A stretch of 64,000 bases of DNA from a virus (lineage: Duplodnaviria; Caudoviricetes). Shown here piece by piece: positions 1 through 11,065 of the stretch. Location of the stretch: IMG/VR virus record IMGVR_UViG_2811995017_000005, positions 3,317-67,316 of that record. The stretch is one strand, 5' to 3'. A program made the position numbers and the translations under genes. Below the pieces are notes generated by a model. The model did no database searches. It was not told the DNA's origin and was given only the letters and a program-made list of their open reading frames with translations. The stretch's first letter is position 1. Each line of letters begins with the position of its first letter.

Positions 1-1768
1 GAATACCGAGATCGACGTTTATCTGCGCAAAGTTTGTTTTATCTTTCACAGTGGGGATTACCACTTCGGCGACTATTTTATCCAGCCCATCAGATACATC
101 AAACTCTTCAAGCCTAACGTAAGTATTAAGGGTGGGATCTGTTTCCGAGTAATGCAGGATAGCTCCAACGTTTATATTTAAAAACCGAGCATCATGCGAA
201 ATATATAGAACCTCCGCGTTCGTGTATGATGTGGAAGATGTCCTGTAATAACCCCCCGTATATTCAACATCTGTCGTGTTAAAAAAGGGCTTTTCTTGGA
301 TCGCTAAGTTAAAAGCGAACTTTCCGTTATTAACAAGGACCGCGCCGTCCGGCCTCTCGATCGATACGGCGCCTTTCGCAACGTATAAGCCACGCGAATC
401 TAACCGAACAAACTTATTACGATCCGCCTCGTTTATCGCGATCAAGTAGTTTCCGTCCCAATAAAAAAGATCACCGTTACCGATGATCTGAATATTGTTC
501 GTTTTTATTTGTCCGGCTGTCAAAACGCTTGTGACGACGCCGTCAGCCGTGATCGCTTCTTTAAACGTCTTGCCTCCGTCAGTCGTTACGCCTAATCCGC
601 TCGACCTCAGTGCAACGAAACGGTTTGGATCGTTAGGATCTCGCGCGATAATTCCCATGCCTTCCGGATATTCAAGTTGCGTTAACGAGTTATTAAGCGC
701 CTCGGTTGCGCGCTGCACCGCTTCGTCATACACGTTGTAGCGAAGCTTTCCGGAATTCTCATCGTATATCTTGTCGAGCAACTGTTTCGAATACGAAATA
801 ACGGACTTTGCGAACGTTTTTAACGTCGAAGCAAGCGTAATCCTCGGCGCCTTATTCGATTCCGGATACTCTTCGATCTCCATCACGCGGAGACTTAGTT
901 TTATGTCTAACGGCTCGTAGATCGTCGGAACAGTATCGCCGAGCCCTGGTTTCGCCACCGCATAACCAGCGTTTTTCAATTCGACGAAATCAAGTTCGAT
1001 CGTAATTTCCGGCTTATCCTGGAGCTTCGCTTTTAAATAACGCTCCAAAGTCGCTTTATGCGTGATCGTCTCGTTCGTATAAATCGGCGCGTGGCGAATT
1101 CCGTAAAGTCCAGCAAGAGGCGACGTATACTCCGCTGTGACCATCGGATTACCTTCGTTGTCCTTTTTTCCCTCTCCGCGAATATACGTTGATAGATTCG
1201 AGCTGTCGACCGTTTTCCTAAATGTTTTGACGTTGTGGTTATATCGGAATTGAAAATCGGGTGAGCTTCCGATCTGTTTCCTAATACGTACATCTCGCCC
1301 AACAATTTCGTACTCAGCTTCGAACCTATCAAGAGCGTGTGTGAATAATGAAATGCAGTTGTCGTTTCCGAAATTCTCGAACTCTGCCGTGTCGAATGAA
1401 TCGATAACGCTAAACGTCCAACCCGTGTCGCGAAAGATAAAATCGAGAATAACATTGATTGATTTAACGCCATCCTTTAGCGTGTCGTATCGAAATTCGT
1501 CAATGAGATCGAAGAAAACATGCGGAGCCGTTACGGTTTTAACCGGTGTGACTCCGACTAGTTGATCCACGCACTGCTTAATTCGATAGTCAATTCCGTT
1601 GTATGTTATGACGGATTCCTCTTCGACAAGATCGAAAGCATGTGCGTTATGATCTGTTTTCGGCAATAAAAAAGACAGTGAAATATCGCCGTTCACTGTC
1701 CGTTTTATCGCTAGGTTTGTATAGCCGGTCAGCACTTCGGAAGACCCGGTTATATTCTTTATCTTCAT
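1..1768 (-). CDS. Tail-associated (Tal / prophage tail endopeptidase) protein, partial
   Basis: SD GAGGAGG + ATG at 1768 (ATGA overlap). Manual translation MKIKNITGSSEVLTGY...FRYNHNVKTF...STYIRGEG; apparently open to window edge, so absent from ORF track. Confidence 0.85.
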   Translation of the reverse strand, partial: MKIKNITGSSEVLTGYTNLAIKRTVNGDISLSFLLPKTDHNAHAFDLVEEESVITYNGIDYRIKQCVDQLVGVTPVKTVTAPHVFFDLIDEFRYDTLKDGVKSINVILDFIFRDTGWTFSVIDSFDTAEFENFGNDNCISLFTHALDRFEAEYEIVGRDVRIRKQIGSSPDFQFRYNHNVKTFRKTVDSSNLSTYIRGEGKKDNEGNPMVTAEYTSPLAGLYGIRHAPIYTNETITHKATLERYLKAKLQDKPEITIELDFVELKNAGYAVAKPGLGDTVPTIYEPLDIKLSLRVMEIEEYPESNKAPRITLASTLKTFAKSVISYSKQLLDKIYDENSGKLRYNVYDEAVQRATEALNNSLTQLEYPEGMGIIARDPNDPNRFVALRSSGLGVTTDGGKTFKEAITADGVVTSVLTAGQIKTNNIQIIGNGDLFYWDGNYLIAINEADRNKFVRLDSRGLYVAKGAVSIERPDGAVLVNNGKFAFNLAIQEKPFFNTTDVEYTGGYYRTSSTSYTNAEVLYISHDARFLNINVGAILHYSETDPTLNTYVRLEEFDVSDGLDKIVAEVVIPTVKDKTNFAQINVDLGI

Positions 1769-4413
1769 TCGGTGCCCTCCTCGTAAACCTCTCCGGTAAT
1801 TGCTGCGTACTGCTCACGGCTAATTTTCGAAAGAGTAACGTACTTTGCGACTTGCTCCTTCGTATATTTTCTGTTCGAGTAAAGAATACGAATGTTCTTA
1901 AACCACCAGTCAGGGTCGTTTTGATCTGCGAGGTATAAAAGTAAATCAGCGTTTTGCGAAAGCGCAACTGATCCAGATGAATCCGGCGTGAGTTTGTTAA
2001 CTTTTGCGGTCAGGACCTGAACCTGTGCGTAAAGCTCTTGAACCGATTTAATCAGCAGTCCGACGAACTCTTCGTATCGAAGTCCGTAAATAAATTCGCC
2101 TGTTTCATTTCCTTCCTCGTCATAAGCCGGAGTCTTAGAAATTGGCGCAAAGTCATCAGTAGAGATGCCGAAGCTATTAACGACTTCCTCGACCTCTTGC
2201 GCAATTAGGCCGTGATGGGTGCGTCCGGAATGGCCGTCTTTGTGCTTATAGGACACCGGGTGAAGTTTATTGATGAATGAAAGGCCGAGTGTTTCATCTT
2301 GGATATCTTGTTTATAATTACGGTCAGAGGTTGAGATAGTCCCGGATGCGACGAATATACTCGCCCAACGCACGGCACTAATTCCGATCGATTCTTTGTT
2401 ATCTATTTTCGGGTTCAAGAATCCTAAAATCTCTTTGTTTTTAGTTTTCCACCCGTCAATTTGATCAACCGGCCATGTTCCATCAAGATATTTATTTTCG
2501 ACTATCTCACACACAGGAGTTCCTATGGTAGCGTCTGTCGGGGTGTCTAATCGAATCCCTCGACCTATATTAATAAATCTATTTCTAACAATCGCGATCC
2601 TGTTAGTGTTTGGATGCCCGTAAACCCCGTAATTTGCGTTTCCTGAGCCGTTAAAGACATTATTGTGAATTTCTACCCCGCAAACATAGGATTCAATGCG
2701 AACAGGTTTTGCTGAACTACCTGACATGTTGTTTACGATGTTGCCAGATATCTCGATTCCAGTTTCTCCGGTGAATTGATTTGTTGAGTTGCGCGAAATA
2801 TATATACCCTGATTTACGTTGGTGATTGTGTTATTCGAGAAAAGAGCTCCGATCCATTTAAACTGTTGCCCTTCGTTTTCCCCGTCGATTACTCTGATCC
2901 CATCTTTAAATCCCGATATTGTATTACCATCGACGATACAATCTCTCGCCCATCCTTCGAATAGTGCCAGCCCATGACTAGATGTGTCAGAAGCTCCGGT
3001 TAACATATTGCCTCTAATGAGCGATGATCTTGTTCGGATTGAAACCCCATTTAATTGGCATTCAGTAAAGATGTTTCCGGTCACAGTAACTTTGTACGTT
3101 CCTCCATGACTAGTCATCGGATTCTGCGTAGATCCTTTCGATCCGCAGAGATTTACGTAACAGTTAAGTGAAGGAGTTTCCCCGGATTTATATGTGATAT
3201 CAAACGGTTGAGTCCCATTCTCTGCATATGACTGAAAGAACCCACAATCTTGCGAAGACACTGCTTTAAACGCATTCCTGTAATAAATATCGGCAGGCTC
3301 CGTTGTGGTGTCGTAGTATATTCGACTACCACTGTCGCCACAAGCAAGAGAGGTTTCAAACGTAATAAATGACCCATCCGATACACTATAAGCTGTGTTG
3401 TTTCTTGTATAGCAATGGTTAGCGTATTTGACACTGATAAATCTTGAAGCCGTGCCCGTGAAATTAAGTCCTTCGATAATTACGTTTTCAATGGGCGTTA
3501 CCTTCTGAATTGTCGTTGTTGCCCGCGCCGTCGAAGACGTTTCGTTTGCGCCGTCGGTCCGATAATCCGGGAATAGAAGCCCCGCTGTGATTTCGAAAGA
3601 AGTCGATGACGTTACCGTTTTTACTCGGGCATACTCTCCGAAATAACATCCCGGGGCACTAGGCGTTGCATACCCTAAACGCCAATTTTCTCCTGCGTCA
3701 GAAGAAAGAGCGTCCCGTTGCGATTTTATCCGTACTAAATCACCGACATTAAGTCCGTGATCAGTGGTTGTCTGTATTGTCTTGCTGCCCATCGTTAAGT
3801 TAGCTGCAATCGGAATCTCTTCTCCAATAGAACCTTCGACTACAATAGCGTATCCGCCGTTTACCTCAATCTTCACAGCAGGATCGCTCGTGATCCGTAC
3901 GTTACTTTTCGCATATATAGGCGCTGTTAACTTAACATCCTTCGAAATATAAATGTTTCCGAGCCCGTTCTCCGCAGCGTATTCAATCGCTTTATTAATG
4001 GCCGCCGCATCTGTATCGCCGTCCTCTTTGAAATCCAGCGCGTTTAGGCTGAGCGATTGGACCGATGATTGAGTCGACATGACTTCGACCTGATTAGCGT
4101 CGATACGGGCTTTTAACGTTTCGTACTCTTTTCCGTTATAGTCAACGCGAGCTTGTGCAGTTTCGGGATCGATAGAACCTTCGAGCACAACTCCGTTAAA
4201 TTGCTCCTGAACATTGTTCGCAACACGCTCGGCTTCGCCCGCAGTCGTTAACGCATCGCCGGCCGTCTTATTTGCGGCCTTCGCTTCCGAAAGTGCTTCG
4301 TCCATTTGCGCCTTGGATGCCGATACGTCTCCGTTCATAGCCCGGAAATTTTCGTTTATCGTGTTCCGAAATTCGCGGTCTAATGGCGCTTTTACGTCTT
4401 TAATATTCGCCAT
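1765..4413 (-). CDS. Tailspike/receptor-binding protein: beta-helix (pectate-lyase-like), Peptidase_S74 intramolecular chaperone, C-terminal XkdX-like domain
   Basis: DTDAAAINKAI lyase start, N/G-rich beta-helix repeats, TSDRNYKQDI...HGLIAQEV...LRYEEF, ending WFKNIRILY...KISREQYAAITGEVY. Confidence 0.85.
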   Translation of the reverse strand: MANIKDVKAPLDREFRNTINENFRAMNGDVSASKAQMDEALSEAKAANKTAGDALTTAGEAERVANNVQEQFNGVVLEGSIDPETAQARVDYNGKEYETLKARIDANQVEVMSTQSSVQSLSLNALDFKEDGDTDAAAINKAIEYAAENGLGNIYISKDVKLTAPIYAKSNVRITSDPAVKIEVNGGYAIVVEGSIGEEIPIAANLTMGSKTIQTTTDHGLNVGDLVRIKSQRDALSSDAGENWRLGYATPSAPGCYFGEYARVKTVTSSTSFEITAGLLFPDYRTDGANETSSTARATTTIQKVTPIENVIIEGLNFTGTASRFISVKYANHCYTRNNTAYSVSDGSFITFETSLACGDSGSRIYYDTTTEPADIYYRNAFKAVSSQDCGFFQSYAENGTQPFDITYKSGETPSLNCYVNLCGSKGSTQNPMTSHGGTYKVTVTGNIFTECQLNGVSIRTRSSLIRGNMLTGASDTSSHGLALFEGWARDCIVDGNTISGFKDGIRVIDGENEGQQFKWIGALFSNNTITNVNQGIYISRNSTNQFTGETGIEISGNIVNNMSGSSAKPVRIESYVCGVEIHNNVFNGSGNANYGVYGHPNTNRIAIVRNRFINIGRGIRLDTPTDATIGTPVCEIVENKYLDGTWPVDQIDGWKTKNKEILGFLNPKIDNKESIGISAVRWASIFVASGTISTSDRNYKQDIQDETLGLSFINKLHPVSYKHKDGHSGRTHHGLIAQEVEEVVNSFGISTDDFAPISKTPAYDEEGNETGEFIYGLRYEEFVGLLIKSVQELYAQVQVLTAKVNKLTPDSSGSVALSQNADLLLYLADQNDPDWWFKNIRILYSNRKYTKEQVAKYVTLSKISREQYAAITGEVYEEGTE

Positions 4414-4434
4414 ATATCCGCCTCCCTTCCGTGT

Positions 4435-5256
4435 TTATAAATAATAAAAGCGAAAGTCGAACGAGACTTCCGCTATTTCTTCGCCAGATACTTGTATACT
4501 GTTCCATCCGGGAGCAAGCGTAATAAGACCGTAATTCGTTTTATCGGTCAATGACGTCGCGCTCCTTACCGTCCGTGTGCCGTTGATGACGATCGGAAGA
4601 GTCGTATTCATGCTTCCGGTATACGTCCATTCGTCTTTGGTTGTTGCGTTGTATAAGCCGATAGAAACCTTCGAGATATTCTTTTTCGATTTAATCGTAA
4701 TCTTTAACGGTTTATTCCTCGGATCAACCGTCGCATCGCCTGCGTTGTATATCCGAAAAGACTTATCTGTGTGTACGTACTGGTAATCCTCCGCGAATAA
4801 ACCGTTGCCGAATCCCCATAAGTTTACATCGGTTGTGAAATTCGAAAGAGACGTTCCGACTGACTCAGCGTAAGGACTGGCGCTGATAAACGGAACCTCT
4901 ATAAAGCCGTATATGCGTTGCTGATCCGGCGAAAACTTTCCGTCAACTTTAGCGAGCCAACGACGCCAAGGCTCCCGCGAATCGATAATATAAAACGCTT
5001 CTTTCGATTGAAAAATCCGATAGACTTCGTTTCGCAACAGTGGATAATCGTATAAATCTACCGCCTTAAAATAAAAGGACCCCGTCATTGTTCGAGGTCC
5101 ATACGTTGTTCCAGCGTCGATCACTCCGTCCATGCCTTCTACCGTTTCAGTTGCGTTAATTGCCTCGGGTGAATCGATGACGAAATCACGCGTAACTATC
5201 CCGTGTTCGGACAGGACGTATTTATCTCCGTTTAGTCTTTCGATTGTTAAATCCAT
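4435..5256 (-). CDS. Distal tail protein (Dit)
   Basis: Follows TMP; VEGMDG...YGPRTM and LAPGWNSI...FRFYYL motifs. Confidence 0.85.
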   Translation of the reverse strand: MDLTIERLNGDKYVLSEHGIVTRDFVIDSPEAINATETVEGMDGVIDAGTTYGPRTMTGSFYFKAVDLYDYPLLRNEVYRIFQSKEAFYIIDSREPWRRWLAKVDGKFSPDQQRIYGFIEVPFISASPYAESVGTSLSNFTTDVNLWGFGNGLFAEDYQYVHTDKSFRIYNAGDATVDPRNKPLKITIKSKKNISKVSIGLYNATTKDEWTYTGSMNTTLPIVINGTRTVRSATSLTDKTNYGLITLAPGWNSIQVSGEEIAEVSFDFRFYYL

Positions 5257-5263
5257 TCGTTAA

Positions 5264-8200
5264 TCACCCACCTTTGACGCCGCTAATTCGTTGCTGAATG
5301 CGGAAATCTTCGTTGAATTTGCTTTGGATCAGATCGTACATCTTCTCCGCATCTTCTCTCGACCCACTTCCGCTATAATTAAGCGTAATATTAATCGGAG
5401 AAACGGAGTTATTTCCGGAAGCATAATCGTCTCTAGAAAAACTTAACGGTACGCTTCGGTTATACGCTGCGTCAACCGTATACGAGTAGTCCTGTGCGTC
5501 AAACAGAGCCGCGTTTGCCATTTCGTTAGCCGCCGCTTTGACTACGCCGATATTGCGCTCGATACCTACCGCAAGACCCATCGGAAGGAACTTACCGATT
5601 TCGTCACGGAATACGCGGGATGGTGAGTGAATTCCGAAGGTATCTTTAATATCCTTTGTGATTCCGCCCATAAAGTCGCCGATTTTTTGTCCGATCCAAT
5701 CTTTCATGGACCAAATTCCGTCCCATAAACCATGCATTAGGTCTGCTCCGGCGTTGAAAATTTCGCCACTGTTGTCTATAATTGCGCCCGCAATTTCACC
5801 GACAATTTCCATACCCACTGAAAATAATTCCGGTAACAACTGCATAATCCCGTCAACTACCGCCATGAGAATTTGCATCCCGGCATCCAGTATTTCAGGA
5901 AGATGGTCTATCAAAGCCTGCGCAATAGCAAAGATGAGCTCTATCGCTGCCTCAATTAATTGCGGTAGGTTTTGGAGAATCCCGTCAATAAGAGCAAGCA
6001 GTAACTGAATCCCGGCATCAATGATTTTCGGCAAATTTTCGATTAACGCTTGCGCTATAGTAATGACTAGATAAATCGCCATTTCGATGAGCTGCGGAAG
6101 AATTTGAATGATGCCGTCAATCAAGCTATTTAGAATCTGGATACCGGCGTCAATAATCATCGGCAAATTCTCAATAATTGCGTTTGCAAGCGCGAGTATT
6201 AGCTGCAACGCCGCTTCAATTAATTGCGGAAGAACCTGGATAATTCCAGAAATTAACGCATTTAAAATTTGGATTCCGGCCTGGATAATCATTGGCATAA
6301 GCGTTACGATCGTATTAATCAGCGTCGTCAGCATCGTTGTGGCCGCTTGGATGATCTGCGGTAGCGCCTCGACTATTCCTTGGATCAGTGAAGTCAGGAT
6401 CAAAATACCGGCGCCGATCAGCGCAGGTAATAACGTAACGAACGCCTGAATAAGCGAATTGATGATCTGAGTTGCGGCCGTTAGAATACTCGGCAACGCT
6501 TGAGTAAATCCGTTCAACAAACCTTGGATGATCTGAATGCCCGCTTGTAAAATTATAGGTAGATTCGTGACGATCATATTGACGAAAGAATTCACAATAT
6601 TAACCGCAGTATTGAGAATGGTCGGCATGTTCTGCTGAATGCCTTGCGCTATTGCCGGGAGGTATTTCGAACCCGCAACGATCAATCCCGGAATACCGCC
6701 GACTATGATTCCGATGATATTCGGAATGAATTCCGCGAACCCTGAGAAATCTCCGTTAAAGGCGTCAGATATTGCCTTTTTCAAATCCTCGAATGCGCCT
6801 CGGATAATTGCGACTCCTTTGACGACGACATCCGCAACAGAAGGCGGCAGGAGATTGTGCAACGCGATTGAGCCTTTCGTGAAGTCGCCAGTTAGCGTTT
6901 CCGCGAGTCCTTTGAACAGTTTCGTTAGTTTATCGACCGTCGGCGATACTTTCCGGCTGATTGCGTTTCCTAGGGCCGTCACCTTTTCGCGAATAACATC
7001 GCTGTGTTTGTAGGCGTAGGCAAAGGCGATTCCGAGCGCGATGACTGCGGCCGATATGAGGCCGAACTGGAACATCGTTAAGAGTAACGCACTGCGAGTC
7101 ATGTTTAGCCGCGCCGCCAGTATGCCTAATCCGGTACCTAAAGCACCTATCCCAGACGCCATGGACCCGATGGCCGCGAGAGCTACCCCCACAACTGTTA
7201 CAAAACCCGTTAACACAGTTGCAATTGCAAGCCCATAAGCGATAAACTTTTTCATTTGTGGAGAAAGGTTATTAAAGCCTTCAACGAGACGATTTAAGAA
7301 TTTTACAATCTCAATTAAAGCTGGTTTTAGTGCATCACCGATCGCCTTTTTCGCGGTTGCCGTACTACCGCTGAGAATCTCTAATTGACCGGCTAAGTTA
7401 TTCATTTTTCTGCCGCAACCTCCGCAGCAGTGACTTTCGACATTGATTTCCACATAGCATCGGCGCCTTTAGCGCCTTCCTTCATCATGATGTTTGCGGC
7501 ACGGACGGCGTCGGTACCGAACATCGTTTTTAGCGCCGCTTGTTGCTGCTCTTTTGTTAGTCCTTTTAACTTGTCTTGCAAAATCTGCGACATTTCCGCA
7601 AATGATTTGATATTTCCTTGTGCATCATAAAAAATGCTAGACCCGTCCTTTGTTATCAGACCTAGATCTAGCATTTGTCCGTATGCTGCTTCCGAGGCCG
7701 GCGTTAAATTTAACAACATTGTTTTTAGAGAGGTACCGGCATCTGACCCTTTAAGACCGTTCTGCGCGAATACAGCAAGAGCCGTCGATGTATCCTTAAA
7801 TGATAGTCCGACCCCTGAAGCAACAGCCGAAACCATCGAAAGGCCGTATTTCAATTCGTGAACATCGGTAGCTGAAGCGTTGGCCGCCCCCGCAAGCATA
7901 TTCGCAGCATCTGTAACGGAGAGATTGTCGTTTCTAAACGCATTGAGTGCAGTCGATGCGATTTCAGCCGCTTCGGAAAGGTCGAGCTCACCGGCTGTTG
8001 CTAAGTCTAGGGCGCCGGCTAATCCGCCGTTTAAGATATCCGCAGTAGATACACCGGCTTTCATGAGTTCCTCGATACCTTGGCCGGCTTCTACCGCGCT
8101 ATATTTTGTTTTTGCCCCTAAATCTTCCGCTAGTTTCGATAGTTTTGCCATCTCCGAGCCAGTTGCGCCGGAAACGGCTTTTACGTTAGACATCTGTTGC

Positions 8201-8403
8201 TCAAAATTCATCGCTTCTTTTACCGATGAACCAACAACAGCCCCTAACCCTGTGGTCATTACTCCGAATCCCATCGCGATCGACCGCCCCATGTTCGAGA
8301 GCCGAGATCCGAAGTCTTCAAGCCGGCTTTGCGCTTGGTTGAGTTCGCGTGTCAGATCCGTTATTGTAGCGCCTATTCGGACGTTAATAGTATGATCCGC
8401 CAT
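5264..8403 (-). pseudogene. Tape measure protein split by a 1-nt frameshift at ~7405 (333 aa + ~713 aa)
   Basis: TP901-type TMP N-term (FEQQMSNVKAVSGAT, GSDAGTSLKTM) and 22-aa amphipathic repeats to GIHSPSRVF; GAA AAA TGA has 5 A where GAA AAA ATG needs 6. Confidence 0.85.
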
Positions 8404-8417
8404 TTAGCCCCTCCTTT

Positions 8418-8801
8418 CTATTCGATTTCAAATTGCGACAGCCATTCGCTGGCTTTCTGTTGCTTTTCGAACAAGTCTTCGGCTTTTTGCGTTGATACGT
8501 CCGATTTTTCTGGGCGTTTGAATAGATCGCTGAGTTTAATGCGTTTCCGCGCGTTGTTGACTTTTCCGATCATCATTGCGGTTAACGCGTGCTCTTCGAA
8601 ACGGTCATACTTCCGCTCCTGTTCTGCGTCTAACAAAACGTAGAATTCACGTGGAGTTAGCTTCCGTATTTCCTCCGGAGATTTCCCAAGAAAACGCCAG
8701 CCGGCGTGAAATACTTCCTCTATTTCAGAAAGTCCGCTAGCATTTTCGCTGCCTGTGGATCTTTCTTCAGAATCTTCTCGACCGTCTTCTTGTAGAAAAA
8801 A
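8418..8801 (-). CDS. Tail assembly chaperone GT extension (-1 frameshift product)
   Basis: The -1 frame opens right at slippery T TTT TTC (8795-8801) and reads ...FLGKSPEEIRKLTPREFYVLLDAEQ... Confidence 0.8.
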   Translation of the reverse strand, partial: FFLQEDGREDSEERSTGSENASGLSEIEEVFHAGWRFLGKSPEEIRKLTPREFYVLLDAEQERKYDRFEEHALTAMMIGKVNNARKRIKLSDLFKRPEKSDVSTQKAEDLFEKQQKASEWLSQFEIE

Positions 8802-9085
8802 CTTTTAGAAACTACCTCGTTTGAAAGCTTCATAATTTCGTCCATATCGAGCTTTTCTTCCGAAATTGCGGCTTCGATTGCCTCGCGAACTTTTTTGATC
8901 GAGAAGTTCTTTCCGGTATGGAATAGTCCGGCATGAACGATATTCGGGAATGCTTCGAGATCACCCATAAGAGCCTTCCCGATCAATTCGAATGAGCCAC
9001 CTTTGTAAAGTCCGTTTAAGTATTCAACACTTGCGTATGTTAGCTTGAGTTCGTATTCATTTCCTTCGATTTCAAAACGTGCCAT
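8720..9085 (-). CDS. Tail assembly chaperone G
   Basis: SD AGGAGG + ATG; MARFEIEGNEYELKLT; lies between major tail and TMP genes. Confidence 0.85.
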   Translation of the reverse strand: MARFEIEGNEYELKLTYASVEYLNGLYKGGSFELIGKALMGDLEAFPNIVHAGLFHTGKNFSIKKVREAIEAAISEEKLDMDEIMKLSNEVVSKSFFYKKTVEKILKKDPQAAKMLADFLK

Positions 9086-9141
9086 ATTCCAATTCCTCCT
9101 ATAGAAAAAGGACGCCCGCAAGGCGCCCCGTTAATTTTTAA

Positions 9142-9394
9142 TTAAGATGCTGTGGTGCGAGTAACGATCTCGCTCATCGGCGATTCGCCCGCCGCATTAA
9201 CCGCCGTCACGTTAACCGTGAGCTGTGTATCTGCCGTGATACCTGTCAATGTATGAGGCGGTCCAGCTACTTCAGCATCTAAGTTTTTGGCCTCGCCTCT
9301 ATAAACTTTGTATGATGTCGCCCCATCTACCGGGTCCCATTTCACCGTTACACTATCTGCCGTAGCCGTGTACGATAGATTTTGGGGCGCATTA
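9142..9394 (-). CDS. Fibronectin type III extension of major tail protein (+1 frameshift)
   Basis: PNAPQNLSYTATADSVTVKWDPVDGATSYKVY...VTAVNAAGES; no own SD; in +1 frame after CCC TAA. Confidence 0.85.
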
Positions 9395-9853
9395 GGGAGT
9401 AGCTGGAGTATCCGAGCTAGGCGCACCCGCCGGAATCTCTGTTAGTGTCTGCTCTTTAATTTCACCGTTTAGTGATCCCTCAAGCGAGTAAGTCGCAAAG
9501 TCCCCGTTACTGAATTCGCGCTCGAAATTAGAAATCATATACAATCCAACTTCCGCTTCCTTGGTACGCGTATCAATCTCGTAAATTTTCACGAATTCTT
9601 TTTTTCTTTGTTTCTTTTTCATTGCTTTTACAAACGGGTCACCTTCAGTGATGACGCCCTCGAAAGATACATTTTGAGTTACTTTTCCGTAATCACTACC
9701 GGTCTTATCTTTCGTGTCCAAATCGATAGAATCCGCCTCGGAGCTTGTTGATCCGCCTGTTTGGTTAAACGGACGGACAAGTTTTTCGCCTGATGTCTCG
9801 TCATCAATGACGACCGCGAATAAAATCTCTTCACCGCGATATTCTATTGCCAA
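9392..9853 (-). CDS. Major tail tube protein (SPP1 gp17.1-like)
   Basis: YRGEEILFAV...NQTGGS...DTKDKTG; position; ends CCC TAA. Confidence 0.85.
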   Translation of the reverse strand: MAIEYRGEEILFAVVIDDETSGEKLVRPFNQTGGSTSSEADSIDLDTKDKTGSDYGKVTQNVSFEGVITEGDPFVKAMKKKQRKKEFVKIYEIDTRTKEAEVGLYMISNFEREFSNGDFATYSLEGSLNGEIKEQTLTEIPAGAPSSDTPATP

Positions 9854-9870
9854 ATTAACTCCCCCTTTGT

Positions 9871-10311
9871 TTAGTAAGCCTGGTATGTCGCGTCTACTTC
9901 GATATCAAAGAAGACCCGATGATAGTTCGTTTTGTCCGATAAATCCTCGGCCGATATAGGTGTCTCGGCCGTCATGTCCACGCAAAAAAGCCCGAGTTCT
10001 TTGCTCGGGTCATTCGCATCTATTAATTTGAAGCGATCGAACAGGAAAATCTTTCGGACTTTCTCCTGAATAGCCGCTCGTTCTGTCGCTGAATTAGCGT
10101 AAACTCCGACTTGAAAGTGGTAGATCGTCCGAACTGTCTCGCGTAATTTCGCAAGCATCGCCGTGCTGCTCGGCATTTGCTCGATCGTAATGAACGGTTT
10201 CATATCCGGCAATGTGACGCCGTCGTAAATCCAGACGATCTTATAGCCGGTCTTTTCCGCGAGATGTTTTTTAATCGAATATTGTAAATCGAATTGTTTC
10301 GTGATGATCAC
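9871..10311 (-). CDS. Tail completion/terminator protein
   Basis: Position upstream of MTP; start GTG 10311 or ATC 10308/10305, not the 10455 of the track. Confidence 0.6.
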   Translation of the reverse strand: MIITKQFDLQYSIKKHLAEKTGYKIVWIYDGVTLPDMKPFITIEQMPSSTAMLAKLRETVRTIYHFQVGVYANSATERAAIQEKVRKIFLFDRFKLIDANDPSKELGLFCVDMTAETPISAEDLSDKTNYHRVFFDIEVDATYQAY

Positions 10312-10664
10312 CGCCCTAACTGACGGACAAGACTGTTTATTTTCTCCGTATACGGTAGCTCGTTGTTCCATACGGATTTCCGAATAAACGCTTTGTGCGT
10401 TTTGTTCGTATATTCCTGAATCTCCGCATAATCTTCGTCCGAACCGTATTCCCACGTTGTTTGGTCAATTTCTTCCGGACTAGAAGCGATTGAATTTCGA
10501 AGCTTACCGGTCTTAACCGGAGCATAACCCGCAGATTCATTCGCCATCTTTCGTGTGTATGCCTCGGTCGTGTTGCCGATATCACGAACAAGGCCTTCGT
10601 ATTCCAAGGCGCGAACAACTCGGTTAACGCCCTCTATATCGATACGAACCCTCCCGTTCCTCAC
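10308..10664 (-). CDS. HK97 gp10-like tail component
   Basis: APVKTGKLRNSI...YAEIQEY motif. Confidence 0.8.
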   Translation of the reverse strand: MRNGRVRIDIEGVNRVVRALEYEGLVRDIGNTTEAYTRKMANESAGYAPVKTGKLRNSIASSPEEIDQTTWEYGSDEDYAEIQEYTNKTHKAFIRKSVWNNELPYTEKINSLVRQLGR

Positions 10665-11050
10665 GTTATCCTCCTCCCAACGAACTCCGCATGATTCCGT
10701 TCGCCGATTCCCTTCTTATCTTTCGAAAGGACCTCGTAATCTTTTCCGTCATAGATAACGCGTTTGATATTTTCGTAAATATCCGCAATTAATTCGATAG
10801 CGATAGAAAACCAGATGTCTCCGCCCTCAACATCGATGCTATCCAGAAGTTGTCGATCGATCTTGACCTGCGAACTGATTTCGGTAACTACAGACGCGAC
10901 TTTCCGCTCGTCGTATATCGACTTCTTTTCGTCAGTAATCGAATCAGTAGTGAATCCAGCCTCATAAACTACCGTAATCTCATGCGTCCGCCCGCCGACC
11001 ATATCTTCACGCGCTTGTTTCATAAACGCAACATCATACGAATCAATCAC
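10661..11050 (-). CDS. Head closure/neck protein
   Basis: Position and size in neck module. Confidence 0.55.
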   Translation of the reverse strand: MIDSYDVAFMKQAREDMVGGRTHEITVVYEAGFTTDSITDEKKSIYDERKVASVVTEISSQVKIDRQLLDSIDVEGGDIWFSIAIELIADIYENIKRVIYDGKDYEVLSKDKKGIGERNHAEFVGRRIT

Positions 11051-11065
11051 GCAGCCACCGCCTTT

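Noticed and set aside
5658-8395. Long plus-strand ORFs over TMP, capsid and nrdE
   Set aside because: Antisense shadows of real genes with no SD or recognisable motifs
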